Shown here: positions 50,254-62,560 of the stretch, one piece after another
Layout: each line of letters begins with the position of its first letter
Numbering within the stretch: the stretch's first letter is position 1
Assembly: GCA_963765675.1 (NCBI GenBank)
Contig: CAVXXK010000001.1
Span: 224,001-288,000 of the forward strand
Reading direction: 5' to 3'
DNA from: an uncultured delta proteobacterium
GTDB lineage: Bacteria; Desulfobacterota; Binatia; Binatales; Binataceae
Length of the DNA stretch: 64,000 nucleotides
Position numbers and translations under genes: made by a program
The notes under the pieces: generated by a model
What the model was told of the DNA's origin: nothing
Databases searched by the model: none
The model's input: only the letters and a program-made list of their open reading frames with translations

Positions 50254-51024
50254 GTGTTTCGACTCGATGGAAAAACCGCAATCGTAACCGGCGCGGGCTC
50301 TGGAATCGGACGCGCGATCGCGATCACTTTTGCTGCGCAGGGCGCGCGCGTATTTATTCTCGAACGCGAACGCGACAGCGCAGCGGCGGTCGCGGCGGAA
50401 ATTGCCGCGGCGGGCGGCGCCGCAGTGCCGATCGAATGCGACGTCACCAGCGCCGCCTCGGTCGCGGCCGCATTCGCGAGCGTCGATCGCGAGGCGCCAC
50501 GGCTCGATATCCTGATAAACAATGCCGGCATCGCGCACGTCGGCAATGTCGAAAATACCGCGGAGGCCGACCTCGATCGCGTGTACGCGGTCAACGTCAA
50601 AGGGGTCTATCTGTGCGCGCAAGCGGCGGTCACGCGAATGCGCAAGGCGCACGCCGGTGTGATCCTGAACCTCGCGTCGATCGCCTCGCTCATCGGTCTC
50701 ACCGACCGCTTCGCCTACTCGATGAGCAAGGGCGCGGTGCTGACGATGACCCGCTCGATCGCGGTGGATTACATCCGCGACGGAATCCGATGCAACTGCG
50801 TGTGTCCGGCGCGCGTGCACACACCGTTCGTCGATGGATTCCTCAAGGCCAGCTATCCCGGACGCGAGGCCGAGATGTTCGCGCAGCTCTCCGCCTATCA
50901 ACCGATCGGCAGGATGGGCACGCCCGAGGAAGTCGCTGCGCTCGCACTCTACCTGTGCTCGGACGAGGCGTCGTTCATAACCGGACAGGCCTATCCGATC
51001 GACGGCGGAGTGCTGGTGTTCTGA
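50254..51024 (+). CDS. SDR, 2-keto-3-deoxy-L-fuconate dehydrogenase-like
   Basis: TGAGSGIG, NNAG, YSMSK, CPARVHTPFVD, QPIGRMG; sugar-catabolism context. Confidence 0.75.
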   Translation: MFRLDGKTAIVTGAGSGIGRAIAITFAAQGARVFILERERDSAAAVAAEIAAAGGAAVPIECDVTSAASVAAAFASVDREAPRLDILINNAGIAHVGNVENTAEADLDRVYAVNVKGVYLCAQAAVTRMRKAHAGVILNLASIASLIGLTDRFAYSMSKGAVLTMTRSIAVDYIRDGIRCNCVCPARVHTPFVDGFLKASYPGREAEMFAQLSAYQPIGRMGTPEEVAALALYLCSDEASFITGQAYPIDGGVLVF

Positions 51025-51044
51025 AAGCGCGCGCGGAAGCGGCG

Positions 51045-51392
51045 ATGAAGATTTACGGCCAGACGATCAATCTCAAACCCGGCGCCGAGATCGAGCGCCG
51101 CTACGTCGCGATGCATCGGGCGGCGTTCCCGGAGGTCGAGCGCGGACTCAAATCTATCGGAATCAGAAGGATGCTCATCTGGAAGCTCGGCCGCCAGCTT
51201 TTCATGATGATGGAAACCGAAGACGGCTTCGATCCTGATCGTGATTTCCCGCGCTACGAGCAAAGCCATCCGCGAATCAAGCAATGGCAGGATACGATGG
51301 CCGCGATGCAGGAGCCGGTCGCCGACGCTCCCGCCGGACAATGGTGGGCGCGGATGGAGCTGGTGTACGCGCTCGGCGACCGCCGCGACTAG
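51045..51392 (+). CDS. L-rhamnose/L-fucose mutarotase family protein
   Basis: Y..H...FPEV..LK.IGI..M.I....LFM.ME...W...M....WWARMELVY. Confidence 0.8.
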   Translation: MKIYGQTINLKPGAEIERRYVAMHRAAFPEVERGLKSIGIRRMLIWKLGRQLFMMMETEDGFDPDRDFPRYEQSHPRIKQWQDTMAAMQEPVADAPAGQWWARMELVYALGDRRD

Positions 51393-51394
51393 AC

Positions 51395-52177
51395 CTACTC
51401 GCGCGTTGCTCCGACGACAGCGATCGGCTCGCGGCGGCGCCGAAACGTGGCGCGCACCAGGTCGTGATTCATATTGCCGATGAACTCGATCGGAATTTCC
51501 TTGGGACAGACCGCCTCGCATTCGCCGTGATTGGTGCAGCTTCCGAACAGCTCCCGCGACATCGCCTCGACCATGTTCAGCGTCCGCTGATCGCGCTGCG
51601 GCTGGCCTTGCGGCAGAGAATTGAGATGCGTGATCTTTGCCGACGTGAACAGCATCGCCGAGGCGTTGGGGCACGCGGCCACGCACGCGCCGCATCCGAT
51701 ACACGCGGCAGCGTCGAACGCGGTGTCGGAGGAACTCTTGGGAACGAGAGTCGCGTTCGCCTCGGGCGCGCTGCCGGTCGAGGCGCTGATGAACCCGCCC
51801 GCCTGGATGATGCGATCGAAAGGCGAGCGATCGACGATCAAATCGCGCAGGATCGGAAACGCCCGCGCGCGCCACGGCTCCAGCGCAACCGAATCTCCGT
51901 CTTTGAAGAACCGCATCGAGAGCTGGCACACGGTCGTGCCCGGGCGTCCGCCGTGCGCAACGCCATTGACCAGAAAGCCGCACGAGCCGCAAATTCCCTC
52001 GCGGCAGTCGTGCTCGAAGGCGACCGGCGCCTCGCCGCGCGCGGTCAGATCTTCGTTCAGCACGTCGAGCATCTCGAGAAACGACATGTCCGGTGTGATC
52101 CCGCTGACCTGGTAGTCCTTGAACTCGCCTTTGGCGCTGGCGTTCGCCTGCCGCCAGATCTTGAGCTTGAGATTCAT
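51395..52177 (-). CDS. sdhB: Succinate dehydrogenase/fumarate reductase Fe-S subunit
   Basis: CREGICGSC, CIGCGACVAACP, CTNHGECEAVCP. Confidence 0.93.
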   Translation of the reverse strand: MNLKLKIWRQANASAKGEFKDYQVSGITPDMSFLEMLDVLNEDLTARGEAPVAFEHDCREGICGSCGFLVNGVAHGGRPGTTVCQLSMRFFKDGDSVALEPWRARAFPILRDLIVDRSPFDRIIQAGGFISASTGSAPEANATLVPKSSSDTAFDAAACIGCGACVAACPNASAMLFTSAKITHLNSLPQGQPQRDQRTLNMVEAMSRELFGSCTNHGECEAVCPKEIPIEFIGNMNHDLVRATFRRRREPIAVVGATRE

Positions 52178-52192
52178 CGCTACTCCGTCGCC

Positions 52193-54103
<1,911 letters not shown>

Positions 54104-54115
54104 CTTTTCGTATCC

Positions 54116-54877
54116 TTAGTGAATCCAACCCGCCATTACCGCGACCGGTACCGAAACGAACCCAAGAAAAATCACCGCCGCGATCACCCGCGACGCAAGG
54201 CGCAGCTTCACCTGGTGGCGCGCCGTGTTCCAGCCGAGCGTCTGCAGCATGCTCCACATACCGTGGTCGAGATGAAAGAACAGCGCGATCATCGCGATGA
54301 TGTAAAACACCGAAACCGGCCAGACCGAGAATCCGATGATCACGTTCGAGTAAACGTGCAGGTCCCGGTACTGGCCCGGCGCGAAGCCGACCGCGCCGAA
54401 CGTGAAATGCGCGATGTGGAACACGATGAAGATCGCGAGCAGCAGGCCGCCCCAGCGCATCGATCGCGCCGCAAACGAGGTCTCGACATCCTTGCGCTCC
54501 CGGTAGCCGATCGGACGCGCCTGCCAGTTCATGCGCGTGAGCTGTATCGCTGCGATAATGTGCAACGTCGCGCTGACTAGCAGCACAATCCTGACGATCC
54601 AGAGCGCGTCGCCATAGCCGAGCTCCGGCATCCCGACCGTGCGCAGAAACCGCGAGTAAGTATTAATTTCGTCGGGACCGGCGAAAATCTTCAGATTTCC
54701 CAGCATGTGCGCGATCACGAACAACACCATGATCACGCCCGTGACCGCCATCACGACTTTCTTGCCGATGACCGTGCGCCACAGCAGCGTCAGCGGATTC
54801 GATCCAAACACCGCAGGGCGTTCGGCCATCTGGAGGTTTTTCGCGGCGCGCTCGCTTGCCGCACTCGACGATGCCAT
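54116..54877 (-). CDS. sdhC: SDH cytochrome b membrane anchor (single subunit)
   Basis: GKKVVMAVTG, HMLGN, five TMs with His ligands. Confidence 0.88.
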   Translation of the reverse strand: MASSSAASERAAKNLQMAERPAVFGSNPLTLLWRTVIGKKVVMAVTGVIMVLFVIAHMLGNLKIFAGPDEINTYSRFLRTVGMPELGYGDALWIVRIVLLVSATLHIIAAIQLTRMNWQARPIGYRERKDVETSFAARSMRWGGLLLAIFIVFHIAHFTFGAVGFAPGQYRDLHVYSNVIIGFSVWPVSVFYIIAMIALFFHLDHGMWSMLQTLGWNTARHQVKLRLASRVIAAVIFLGFVSVPVAVMAGWIH

Positions 54878-55003
54878 GTCAGGGCTCCTGCCTTTCTCCT
54901 GCTTCTATCAGTGCGGCTTATTCGGAAGTCAAGTCACGCGCTGATTTTCTTATCTCACTCATAGCGCTTGTGCAATCCCGAGAACAGCGTCCGATAAACC
55001 GTC

Positions 55004-56305
55004 TCATGCGCGCCATACCGAGCCGCCGGGAAACTCGAGCTGATCCAGCGAATGCGGGAATATCTCGGCGCTGTAGCCTGCGTCGGTCGGCAGCAGGTAG
55101 CGTCCACGGCGCGCCTTCACCGGATGCTTGAAGTACTCGTGCCCGTGATCGGCGAACTCGGTCATGCGATTTTCGAGACTCGCACTCACGCAGATATAGT
55201 CAATCAGCGAGATGTGCTGCACGTACTCGCACAGCCCGATTCCGCCCGCATGCGGACAGACCGGCACTCCGAACCGCGCCGCGAGCAGCAGCACCGCCAT
55301 GACTTCGTTCAGTCCGCCGAGCCTGCACGAGTCGAGCTGGCAAAAGTCGATCGCGCCCGCCTGCATCAGTTGCTTGAACAGTACGCGGTTGGCGCAATGC
55401 TCGCCGGTCGCGACGCCGATCGGCTTGATCGCGCGGCGAATCGCCGCGTGGCCGAGGATATCGTCCGGACTGGTCGGCTCCTCGATCCACAGAAGATTGA
55501 ACGGCCGCAGAGCCTGGATATGCTCGATCGCCTCGCCGACATCCCAGACCTGGTTGGCGTCGGCCATCAGCGTCGCCCCGGCGCCAATCTCCTCGCGCAT
55601 CAGCTTGGCGCGATGGATATTCTCCTCGCGATTCAGCCCGACCTTCATTTTGAACCGCGTCCATCCCTGATCGAGCGCCTCGCGGCAGAGCGCGCGCACC
55701 TTATCGTCGGGATAACCCAGCCATCCCGCCGACGTGATGTATGCAGGATAACCGTCGCGGCGCATCTCGGCCTCGCGCGCGGCACGGCCCGCAAGATTGC
55801 GGCGCAGGATTTCGAGCGCCTGCTCGCGCGTGAGCGCGTCGGAGAGGTAGCGGAAGTCGACGCACGCGACGAATTGCTCCGGCGTCATATCAGCGACCAG
55901 CTTCCACACCGGCTTGCCTTCGCTCTTCGCGTAGAGATCCCAAACCGCGTTGACGATCGCGGCGGTGGCGAGATGCAGCACGCCCTTTTCAGGACCGAGC
56001 CATCGGAGCTGGCTCTCGTTGGTGAGACTGCGCCAGAAGCCGTTGAAGTCGGCGGTGATCTCTTCGAGCGTCAACCCGACGATCAGATGGCGCAGAGCCT
56101 CGACCGCCTTCAGCACCACTTCGGTGCCGCGCCCGATCGTGAAGGTGAGGCCGTGGCCCTCGAGTCCGTCGTCCGCGTCGGTCCTGAGCACGACGTAGGC
56201 CGCCGAATAGTCGGGATCTTTGTGAACCGCGTCGGAGCCGGCAAGCGTGCGCGAGGTTGGCGTACGGATGTCGCGGGCGACGAGTTCGATGATCCTGCGG
56301 GCCAT
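55004..56305 (-). CDS. fucD: L-fuconate dehydratase (enolase superfamily, ENOSF1-like)
   Basis: GSDAVHKDPDYS, FTIGRG, RWLGPEKG, KMKVG, DAN, EEP, GE, CPHAGG. Confidence 0.85.
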   Translation of the reverse strand: MARRIIELVARDIRTPTSRTLAGSDAVHKDPDYSAAYVVLRTDADDGLEGHGLTFTIGRGTEVVLKAVEALRHLIVGLTLEEITADFNGFWRSLTNESQLRWLGPEKGVLHLATAAIVNAVWDLYAKSEGKPVWKLVADMTPEQFVACVDFRYLSDALTREQALEILRRNLAGRAAREAEMRRDGYPAYITSAGWLGYPDDKVRALCREALDQGWTRFKMKVGLNREENIHRAKLMREEIGAGATLMADANQVWDVGEAIEHIQALRPFNLLWIEEPTSPDDILGHAAIRRAIKPIGVATGEHCANRVLFKQLMQAGAIDFCQLDSCRLGGLNEVMAVLLLAARFGVPVCPHAGGIGLCEYVQHISLIDYICVSASLENRMTEFADHGHEYFKHPVKARRGRYLLPTDAGYSAEIFPHSLDQLEFPGGSVWRA

Positions 56306-56349
56306 TGTCGATGCCTCCGCGCGGCATGGTAGCATCCTCGCGACGCGCG

Positions 56350-57426
56350 ATGGCAACCGAATCCGCACCGCTCGACGATCTGCGCCAGCGTTGGCCGCTG
56401 CCGCGCGCGCCGCGTCCGATCGTCGTTATTGGAGCAGGCAGTATCGTGCGCGATGCGCATCTGCCGATTTACGCGCGGCTCAATTTTCCCGTTGCCGGGA
56501 TTTTCGATCTCAGTCGCGACGCGGCGCGCGAGCGCGCCGAACAATTCAAGCTTCCGCGCGTGTTCGATTCTCTCGAGCAGGCGGCCGCGGTCCCCGGCGC
56601 GGTGTTCGACCTCGCGGTTCCTCCCGGCGCGATCGCGGCGATCCTCGCAAAGCTACCTCCGCGTGCTGCCGTCCTGATGCAGAAGCCGATGGGCCGCAAC
56701 CTGGAAGAGGCGCGCGCGATCCTGGCGCTCTGCCGCAATCGCGAGCTTGCCGCTGCGGTGAATTTCCAGCTTCGCTTCGCGCCGAACATGCTCGCACTGA
56801 AGGACGCGATCGCGCGCCGCGTCCTCGGCGACATCACCGACATCGAGGTGCGCATCGTTCTGCATACCCCCTGGGAGTATTGGGCGTTTCTGCGCGGAGA
56901 ACCGCGGCTCGAAGTGTTGATGCACTCGATCCACTACCTGGACCTGATCCGTTCGATTGCGGGCGAGCCGCGCGGCGTCTATTGCAAAGGCGCGCGGCAT
57001 CCGGCGACGCCCGGCTACGCGGACGCCCGCACCTCGATCATCCTGGATTACGGCGACGCGATTCGCGCGAGCCTCACGATGAATCACGCGCATCGCTTCG
57101 GCTCCAAGCATGCCGTCTCCGAAATCAAGCTCGAAGGAACCCGTGGCGCGGCGATCGCCAAGATGGGCGTGAACCTGAACTATCCGCACGGCGAGCCCGA
57201 TGCGCTCGAAATCGCTGCCGACGGAGAACCATGGCGATCAGTCCCGCTTCGCGGCTCATGGTTTCTGGAGGCATTCGAGGGACCGATGGCAAACGTCCAA
57301 CGCTTCGCCGCCGGCGAGGACACCGCGCTCGTCTCCGGTGTCGAGGACGCGATCCACACGATGGCGCTGGTCGAGGCCTGCTACGCCTCGAGCGCAAGCG
57401 GCGCCACGCCTATCCCGCGCCCGTAA
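56350..57426 (+). CDS. Gfo/Idh/MocA oxidoreductase
   Basis: IGAGSIV..AHLP, QKP, VNFQLRF, HSIHYLD. Confidence 0.85.
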   Translation: MATESAPLDDLRQRWPLPRAPRPIVVIGAGSIVRDAHLPIYARLNFPVAGIFDLSRDAARERAEQFKLPRVFDSLEQAAAVPGAVFDLAVPPGAIAAILAKLPPRAAVLMQKPMGRNLEEARAILALCRNRELAAAVNFQLRFAPNMLALKDAIARRVLGDITDIEVRIVLHTPWEYWAFLRGEPRLEVLMHSIHYLDLIRSIAGEPRGVYCKGARHPATPGYADARTSIILDYGDAIRASLTMNHAHRFGSKHAVSEIKLEGTRGAAIAKMGVNLNYPHGEPDALEIAADGEPWRSVPLRGSWFLEAFEGPMANVQRFAAGEDTALVSGVEDAIHTMALVEACYASSASGATPIPRP

Positions 57427-57430
57427 AACG

Positions 57431-58681
57431 CTACGCGCGGGCCGAATTCAGCTTCATCTTGATCGGCATGTGCTTGATTCCGCCGACGAAGCTCGAGCGC
57501 AGCCGCTCGATCGGTCCCGCCATCTCCGCGAACTCCATCCGCTCCATCAACTGGCGGAAGATCACTTCCAGCTCGAGGCGCGCCAGATTCGCGCCGAGAC
57601 AGAAATGCTCGCCGATCCCGAACGCGATGTGCGGATTCGGATCGCGCCCGATGTCGAACTTGAACGGCTGGTCGAACACTTCTTCGTCGCGGTTCGCCGA
57701 GGGATAGAACAGGCACACCGATTCGCCAGCCTTGATCTTCTGGCCGCGAATCTCCGTGTCCTCGGTCGCCGTGCGCGTGAACTGGATGACCGGCGTGGTC
57801 CAGCGCACGATCTCCTCGACCGCCGGCTTGATCAGTGCGGGATTTTTCTTGAGCCGGTCCCATTGATCGCGATGCTCGATCAGCGCCATCAGGCCGCCGG
57901 TCGTCGCGTTGCGCGTGGTCTCGTTGCCGGCGACCACCAGCAGCAGAAAATACGAAAGCATCTCGAACTGCGGCATCAAGGTGCCGTTGAGTTTCGCCGA
58001 CGCGACGATACTGGTGATGTCGTTGGTCGGATGCTTGGTGCGCTCGTTGACCAGGTCGGTGAAGTACTGGAACAGTCCCAGCCGCGCGCGCTCGAAGGTC
58101 TCATCCGAGCTGGCGCCGTCCTGAAATTCGGGGTCGCCACCGCCGATCGTTTCGTTGGTCCAGCGAAAGAGCTGATCCCAATCCTTGCGCGGCACTCCGA
58201 GCAGCTCGGCGATTACGGCCAGCGGAACGCGCGAGGAAACGTCGGTCACGAAATCGCACTCGCTCTTGCCGGTCACGCCGTCCAGGACCTCGCGCGCGAT
58301 CCGTTCGATCTCGGGCTGCAGGTCGCGCACCGCGCGCGGCGTGAAGCGCCGGCTGATGATCGAGCGGTACTCGCCGTGCTCGGGCGGATCCATGTTGAGC
58401 AGATGCCGAAACGGCGGGACCGGATCGGGATCGGCCGGGCCGTCGGGCACGAACACCAGCAGCCGCTTGACGATCGAAAACAGCTTGGGCTGCTTGGCGA
58501 CCTGAACGATATCCGCGTATTTGGTCAGCGCCCAGAACGGATCGGTGTGCGGATATTCGGTCCAATGCACCGGATCGTGCTTGCGCAGCCAGGTCCACTC
58601 GGCGTGCGGGTATCCGTTTTTGGCGTAATGATCCGGGCCGATGATGTTGAGGTTCTCGAGCGAATGTTGCTGCTGTTCCAT
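57431..58681 (-). CDS. Cytochrome P450 (CYP124/125/142-like)
   Basis: MDPPEH, AGNETT, EEIVR, FGIGEHFCLG. Confidence 0.93.
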   Translation of the reverse strand: MEQQQHSLENLNIIGPDHYAKNGYPHAEWTWLRKHDPVHWTEYPHTDPFWALTKYADIVQVAKQPKLFSIVKRLLVFVPDGPADPDPVPPFRHLLNMDPPEHGEYRSIISRRFTPRAVRDLQPEIERIAREVLDGVTGKSECDFVTDVSSRVPLAVIAELLGVPRKDWDQLFRWTNETIGGGDPEFQDGASSDETFERARLGLFQYFTDLVNERTKHPTNDITSIVASAKLNGTLMPQFEMLSYFLLLVVAGNETTRNATTGGLMALIEHRDQWDRLKKNPALIKPAVEEIVRWTTPVIQFTRTATEDTEIRGQKIKAGESVCLFYPSANRDEEVFDQPFKFDIGRDPNPHIAFGIGEHFCLGANLARLELEVIFRQLMERMEFAEMAGPIERLRSSFVGGIKHMPIKMKLNSARA

Positions 58682-58751
58682 GGATTGTTTTGCCTCGGCG
58701 GAAATGCCGCGTAGTTGAATTGCGCGGCGCCGGTGCGCCGATAGATCAAAT

Positions 58752-58943
58752 CTAGTCTTCCAAGGTGATCGCCTGTCGCGGGCACATCTTGATTGCGAGC
58801 TTCACCTTCTCGCGCAGCGACTCGGGCGGCTTTTCGATCAGTAGGTGCGCCTTGTCGTCATCGCGGACTTCAAACACCTCGGGCGCAGATTCCTGGCAGC
58901 GCTGATTCCCTTCGCAAAGCTTCAAATCGATGACAACCTTCAT
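58752..58943 (-). CDS. 3Fe-4S ferredoxin
   Basis: CEGNQRC...APEVF...CPRQAI, upstream of the P450. Confidence 0.85.
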   Translation of the reverse strand: MKVVIDLKLCEGNQRCQESAPEVFEVRDDDKAHLLIEKPPESLREKVKLAIKMCPRQAITLED

Positions 58944-59170
58944 GGCATCTCCTGGCTAACTCATCTGGCGCTGAACACGGCTCCGAGACTAGCGCAGCGG
59001 CATAAATCGAACCAGCCAAGACGGCATTGGGCAATCGCCATCAATCCAACCACCGAGACACCAAGGCACAAAGAAACAATCCATTTCCGCGCGCCGCGCG
59101 CTTGACCCATCGCTATGCTCCGATCTCTGATAGGTTCGCAACGTCACCATTCCTCCAAGGAGAAAGCGCG

Positions 59171-60013
59171 ATGGTAAAGTTCGGAGTCTCGATGTTCCCG
59201 ACCGATTACGCAATTCAGCCGATCGAGTTGGCGCAGGCCGCAGAGGCGCGCAACTTCGAGTCGCTCTGGTTTCCCGAGCACACCCATATCCCGACCTCGC
59301 GCAAGACTCCGTTTCCGGGCGGCACCGAACTGCCCAAGGAATATTGGCATACGCACGATCCGTTCGTGGCGCTCGGCGCCGCTGCGGCGGCGACGAAGAA
59401 GCTCCGGCTCGGCACGGGCGTGTGCCTGGTGATCGAGCGCGATCCTATCGTGCTCGCCAAGGAAGTCGCTTCACTCGACATGATCTCCGGCGGACGCGTC
59501 GAGCTTGGAATCGGCGCGGGATGGAACGTCGAGGAGATGGAGAATCACGGCGCGCAGTTCAAGAAGCGCTGGAAGATCGTGCGCGAGAAAATCCTCGCCA
59601 TCCGCCAAATCTGGACCAAGGAAGCCGCCGAGTTTCACGGCGAGTTCGTCAATTTCGATCCGATCTGGTCGTTCCCCAAGCCGGTTCAGGCCGGCGGCCC
59701 GCCGATTCTGCTCGGCTCGCAATCCAAGCGCTCGTTCGAGCGAGTGGCGGAGTACTGCGACGGATGGATGCCGATTAACTTTCCGCGCGCCGATTTCGCG
59801 GGCAGCGTCAAACAACTTCGCGACGCCGAGAAGGCGGCAGGCCGAAAGAAACTCGGCATCTCGCTGTTCGGGTCGTCCGCAAAGGAAGACGAGATCAAAC
59901 GCTTCGCCGACCTGGGCTTCGACCGGCTGATCTTTTCGCTGCCCGCGGCTCCGCGCGAGACCGTGCTGCCGCTTCTGGACAAATACGCGGGGGTCGCCGC
60001 CAAAATGCATTAG
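59171..60013 (+). CDS. LLM-class F420-dependent oxidoreductase (Rv2161c-like)
   Basis: WFPEHTHIP, DPFVAL, LGTGV, GAGWN.EE, PKPVQ; AAGGAG RBS. Confidence 0.88.
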   Translation: MVKFGVSMFPTDYAIQPIELAQAAEARNFESLWFPEHTHIPTSRKTPFPGGTELPKEYWHTHDPFVALGAAAAATKKLRLGTGVCLVIERDPIVLAKEVASLDMISGGRVELGIGAGWNVEEMENHGAQFKKRWKIVREKILAIRQIWTKEAAEFHGEFVNFDPIWSFPKPVQAGGPPILLGSQSKRSFERVAEYCDGWMPINFPRADFAGSVKQLRDAEKAAGRKKLGISLFGSSAKEDEIKRFADLGFDRLIFSLPAAPRETVLPLLDKYAGVAAKMH

Positions 60014-60145
60014 GCGCGCGCGCGGAGGCGCGGTAATCCGCGAGCGTGTCGCTTGCGTATCTAGTGCGGAAGGAGCTGCCGCGATCGGCACCTTTGCGGC
60101 GTCGCGGCAGCTCTTCAGATATACTGATACCGCGCGAGGCGAACG

Positions 60146-60784
60146 TTGATGAATCTCAAATCACAGACCAACCTCGATCGCATCGGATCGTTCAGCCGCC
60201 GCAGCTTCGTCGCGATCGCGATAGCGACGCCCGCGATCGTCGCGATGCGGCTCGCGGTCGGGCGCGCCGCCGACGGCAATTCAACCGGCGGCATTCTGCG
60301 CACGGCTATCGCACCGGTTCCGAAAGTAGAAATCGTCGAGTTCGATGACGACGGCCAGCGCAAGGGCGTCGTGTCCGTGGACAAAGTGATTAAGACCGAC
60401 GCCGAGTGGCGCAAGATTCTCACGCCCGAGGAATACGAGGTCACGCGGCAGAAAGGCACCGAGCGCGCCTTCACCGGCCGCTACGCCGAATCACACGACA
60501 AGGGACTCTACCGATGCATCTGCTGCGGCACGGCGCTCTTCAGCTCGGATACGAAGTTCGAGTCAGGAACAGGATGGCCGAGTTTCTGGGAACCGATCGC
60601 GCCCGAGAACGTCCGCAACAACACCGACAAATCGTTTTTCATGACCCGCACTGAAGTCACCTGCGCGCGATGCGACGCGCACCTGGGCCACGTCTTCAAC
60701 GACGGCCCCAAGCCGACGGGCCTGCGCTATTGCATGAACTCGGCCTCGCTAAAATTCGTAAAGCCCAACGGCGAGAAGGCTTAG
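60146..60784 (+). CDS. msrB: Peptide-methionine (R)-S-oxide reductase with Tat-like signal
   Basis: [39 protein letters not shown]; N-terminal SRRSF. Confidence 0.92.
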   Translation: MMNLKSQTNLDRIGSFSRRSFVAIAIATPAIVAMRLAVGRAADGNSTGGILRTAIAPVPKVEIVEFDDDGQRKGVVSVDKVIKTDAEWRKILTPEEYEVTRQKGTERAFTGRYAESHDKGLYRCICCGTALFSSDTKFESGTGWPSFWEPIAPENVRNNTDKSFFMTRTEVTCARCDAHLGHVFNDGPKPTGLRYCMNSASLKFVKPNGEKA

Positions 60785-60786
60785 CG

Positions 60787-61263
60787 CTAACCCACGAGGC
60801 GCCACTGAATCAGGGTGTGGCCGGCGGGATGGTCCTCGAACACCGCTTCGACTTTCGCGTCGAAACGGACTTCCTGCATCGGATCGCCGAGCAGATTACC
60901 GACCATCCGGACGCCGCCTGCCTCCTCCAGCTCCACCACGACTACGAGGTACGGGCACGCGCCCTTTAGCGCGGGATGCGCCGGATGCCAGACGCGCTCC
61001 CAGCTATAAATCCGGCCGCGTCCCGACACGCGATGCCACTGCGGGTCGAACGTATGGCACTTGTGGCAAATCCATTCGGCGGGAAACTGGAACGCCGCGC
61101 ATCGCGCGCATCGCTGGACGACGATCTCGTGGCGCTTTGCCGCTTCGTAGAATTCGTGATCGAGTCCGTCGCGCGCGGCCGCCGGCGCCGGCATCCCCTC
61201 AGGCAAGTAGGTTTTCGATTTCGCGCCGCTCTGTTCGTCCATCGCCGATTCCTTCTTCTCCAT
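60787..61263 (-). CDS. Zn-ribbon/OB-fold (DUF35/ChsH2-like) protein
   Basis: QRCARC...CHKC, SGRGRIYSW; ATG overlaps the upstream stop codon (TAATG). Confidence 0.85.
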   Translation of the reverse strand: MEKKESAMDEQSGAKSKTYLPEGMPAPAAARDGLDHEFYEAAKRHEIVVQRCARCAAFQFPAEWICHKCHTFDPQWHRVSGRGRIYSWERVWHPAHPALKGACPYLVVVVELEEAGGVRMVGNLLGDPMQEVRFDAKVEAVFEDHPAGHTLIQWRLVG

Positions 61264-62444
61264 TATCGATGCAGCAGCAGATCGCTGACCGGCGCGACCA
61301 TCGGACCCGACGCGACCAGCGCGATCTCGGCGTCCTTCACCTGGCAGGTCGAGGTTCCGCGCACCTGCCGCGCCGCCTCGATGATCAGTTCGAGTCCGTG
61401 CATGTAGCACTCGGCCAGATTTCCGCCGCTGGTGTTGATCGGCAAGCGTCCGTTAGGGGTCGTGAGATTCTCGAAGGTGCAGAACTTCATCACTTCATCG
61501 GGATGACAGAAGCCGTGCTCGACGATACTGGTCATCACGGCGCCGGTGAAATTTTCGTACACCTGCGCGACGTCGACGTCCTTCGGCTCGATCCCCGCCA
61601 TCGCGTAGAGCCGCGGCGCGAGGGTCTTGAAGTTCGAGGTCTCATAGTCGGGCAGATTCTCCGCGCCCGCGCCCTGCCGATAGTCCGAACCCTGCGCCGA
61701 CGCCATCACCCACGCGGGCCGCTGCTTCAAGTCGCGCGCGCGCTCGCGGCTGGTGAGGATCACCGCGGCGGCGCCGTCGTTCTCGAGGCAGCAATCGAAC
61801 AGATGAAACGGCTCGACGATCCATCGCGACTGGTCGTACATCGCGCGGGTCAGCGGATGCCCATACATGATCGCGCGCGGATTGGATTGCGCGTGGTGAT
61901 AGCAAGCCATCGCGATCGCCGCGAGCGCGTCCTGAGTCACGTGATGCTCATGCATGAAGCGGCGCGTGCGCAGCGCGATCCATTGCGCCGGCGTGGACAT
62001 CCCGTACGGCCACGTGTAGGCGATCGGTCCGGAGATCGTATTGACTGCCGGCGTCTGGCCGAAGCGCCCGAACTGTCCCTGCGCCAGCGCGCGATACACG
62101 ATCACCGTGTTGGCGAACCCGGCGACGATCGCCGCTGCCGCGTTGCCGATCGCGCCCGAGCCTCCGCCGCCACCTCCGCCCCAGAACATGTTCGAGAAGC
62201 GCAGCTCGGGCAGTCCCAGCGCGGTCGCGACGCGAACCGAATCGTTGCGATCGTTGCTGTACGACGCGATTCCGTCGATCTCGGTCGGCCGGATACCCGC
62301 GTCGTCGCACGCGCGGATTATCGCTTCGAGCGCGAGGCGGAACTCGCTCACCGGCGCTTGCCCGCGCTTGTAGTACGCGGTCTCGCCGAGTCCGACGATC
62401 GCAACCTTGTCCTTAATCGTATTTTCGATTTTAGTTTCGCTCAT
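61263..62444 (-). CDS. Thiolase-like protein (SCP-x/Ltp2 type)
   Basis: AIVGLGET, DCCLENDGA, YENFT, INTSGGNL. Confidence 0.88.
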   Translation of the reverse strand: MSETKIENTIKDKVAIVGLGETAYYKRGQAPVSEFRLALEAIIRACDDAGIRPTEIDGIASYSNDRNDSVRVATALGLPELRFSNMFWGGGGGGGSGAIGNAAAAIVAGFANTVIVYRALAQGQFGRFGQTPAVNTISGPIAYTWPYGMSTPAQWIALRTRRFMHEHHVTQDALAAIAMACYHHAQSNPRAIMYGHPLTRAMYDQSRWIVEPFHLFDCCLENDGAAAVILTSRERARDLKQRPAWVMASAQGSDYRQGAGAENLPDYETSNFKTLAPRLYAMAGIEPKDVDVAQVYENFTGAVMTSIVEHGFCHPDEVMKFCTFENLTTPNGRLPINTSGGNLAECYMHGLELIIEAARQVRGTSTCQVKDAEIALVASGPMVAPVSDLLLHR

Positions 62445-62560
62445 CGCACCTGCCCGCTGCTCCTTCGCTGTAGCGCAGGCGCGGCTCGGATCACAACCGC
62501 GCCCGCGTCTGCCTCAAGCGGATGCGATTGCGATGGCGCTGTAGTAATTCTTTTATCGAG

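Noticed and set aside
50247-51044. Apparent 381-aa fusion ending in the mutarotase
   Set aside because: The N-terminal part is an off-frame shadow of the SDR gene; the real start is ATG 51045
59049-59075. ACCACCGAGACACCAAGGCACAAAGAA, resembling a short interspersed repeat
   Set aside because: Single copy in the window with no inverted partner
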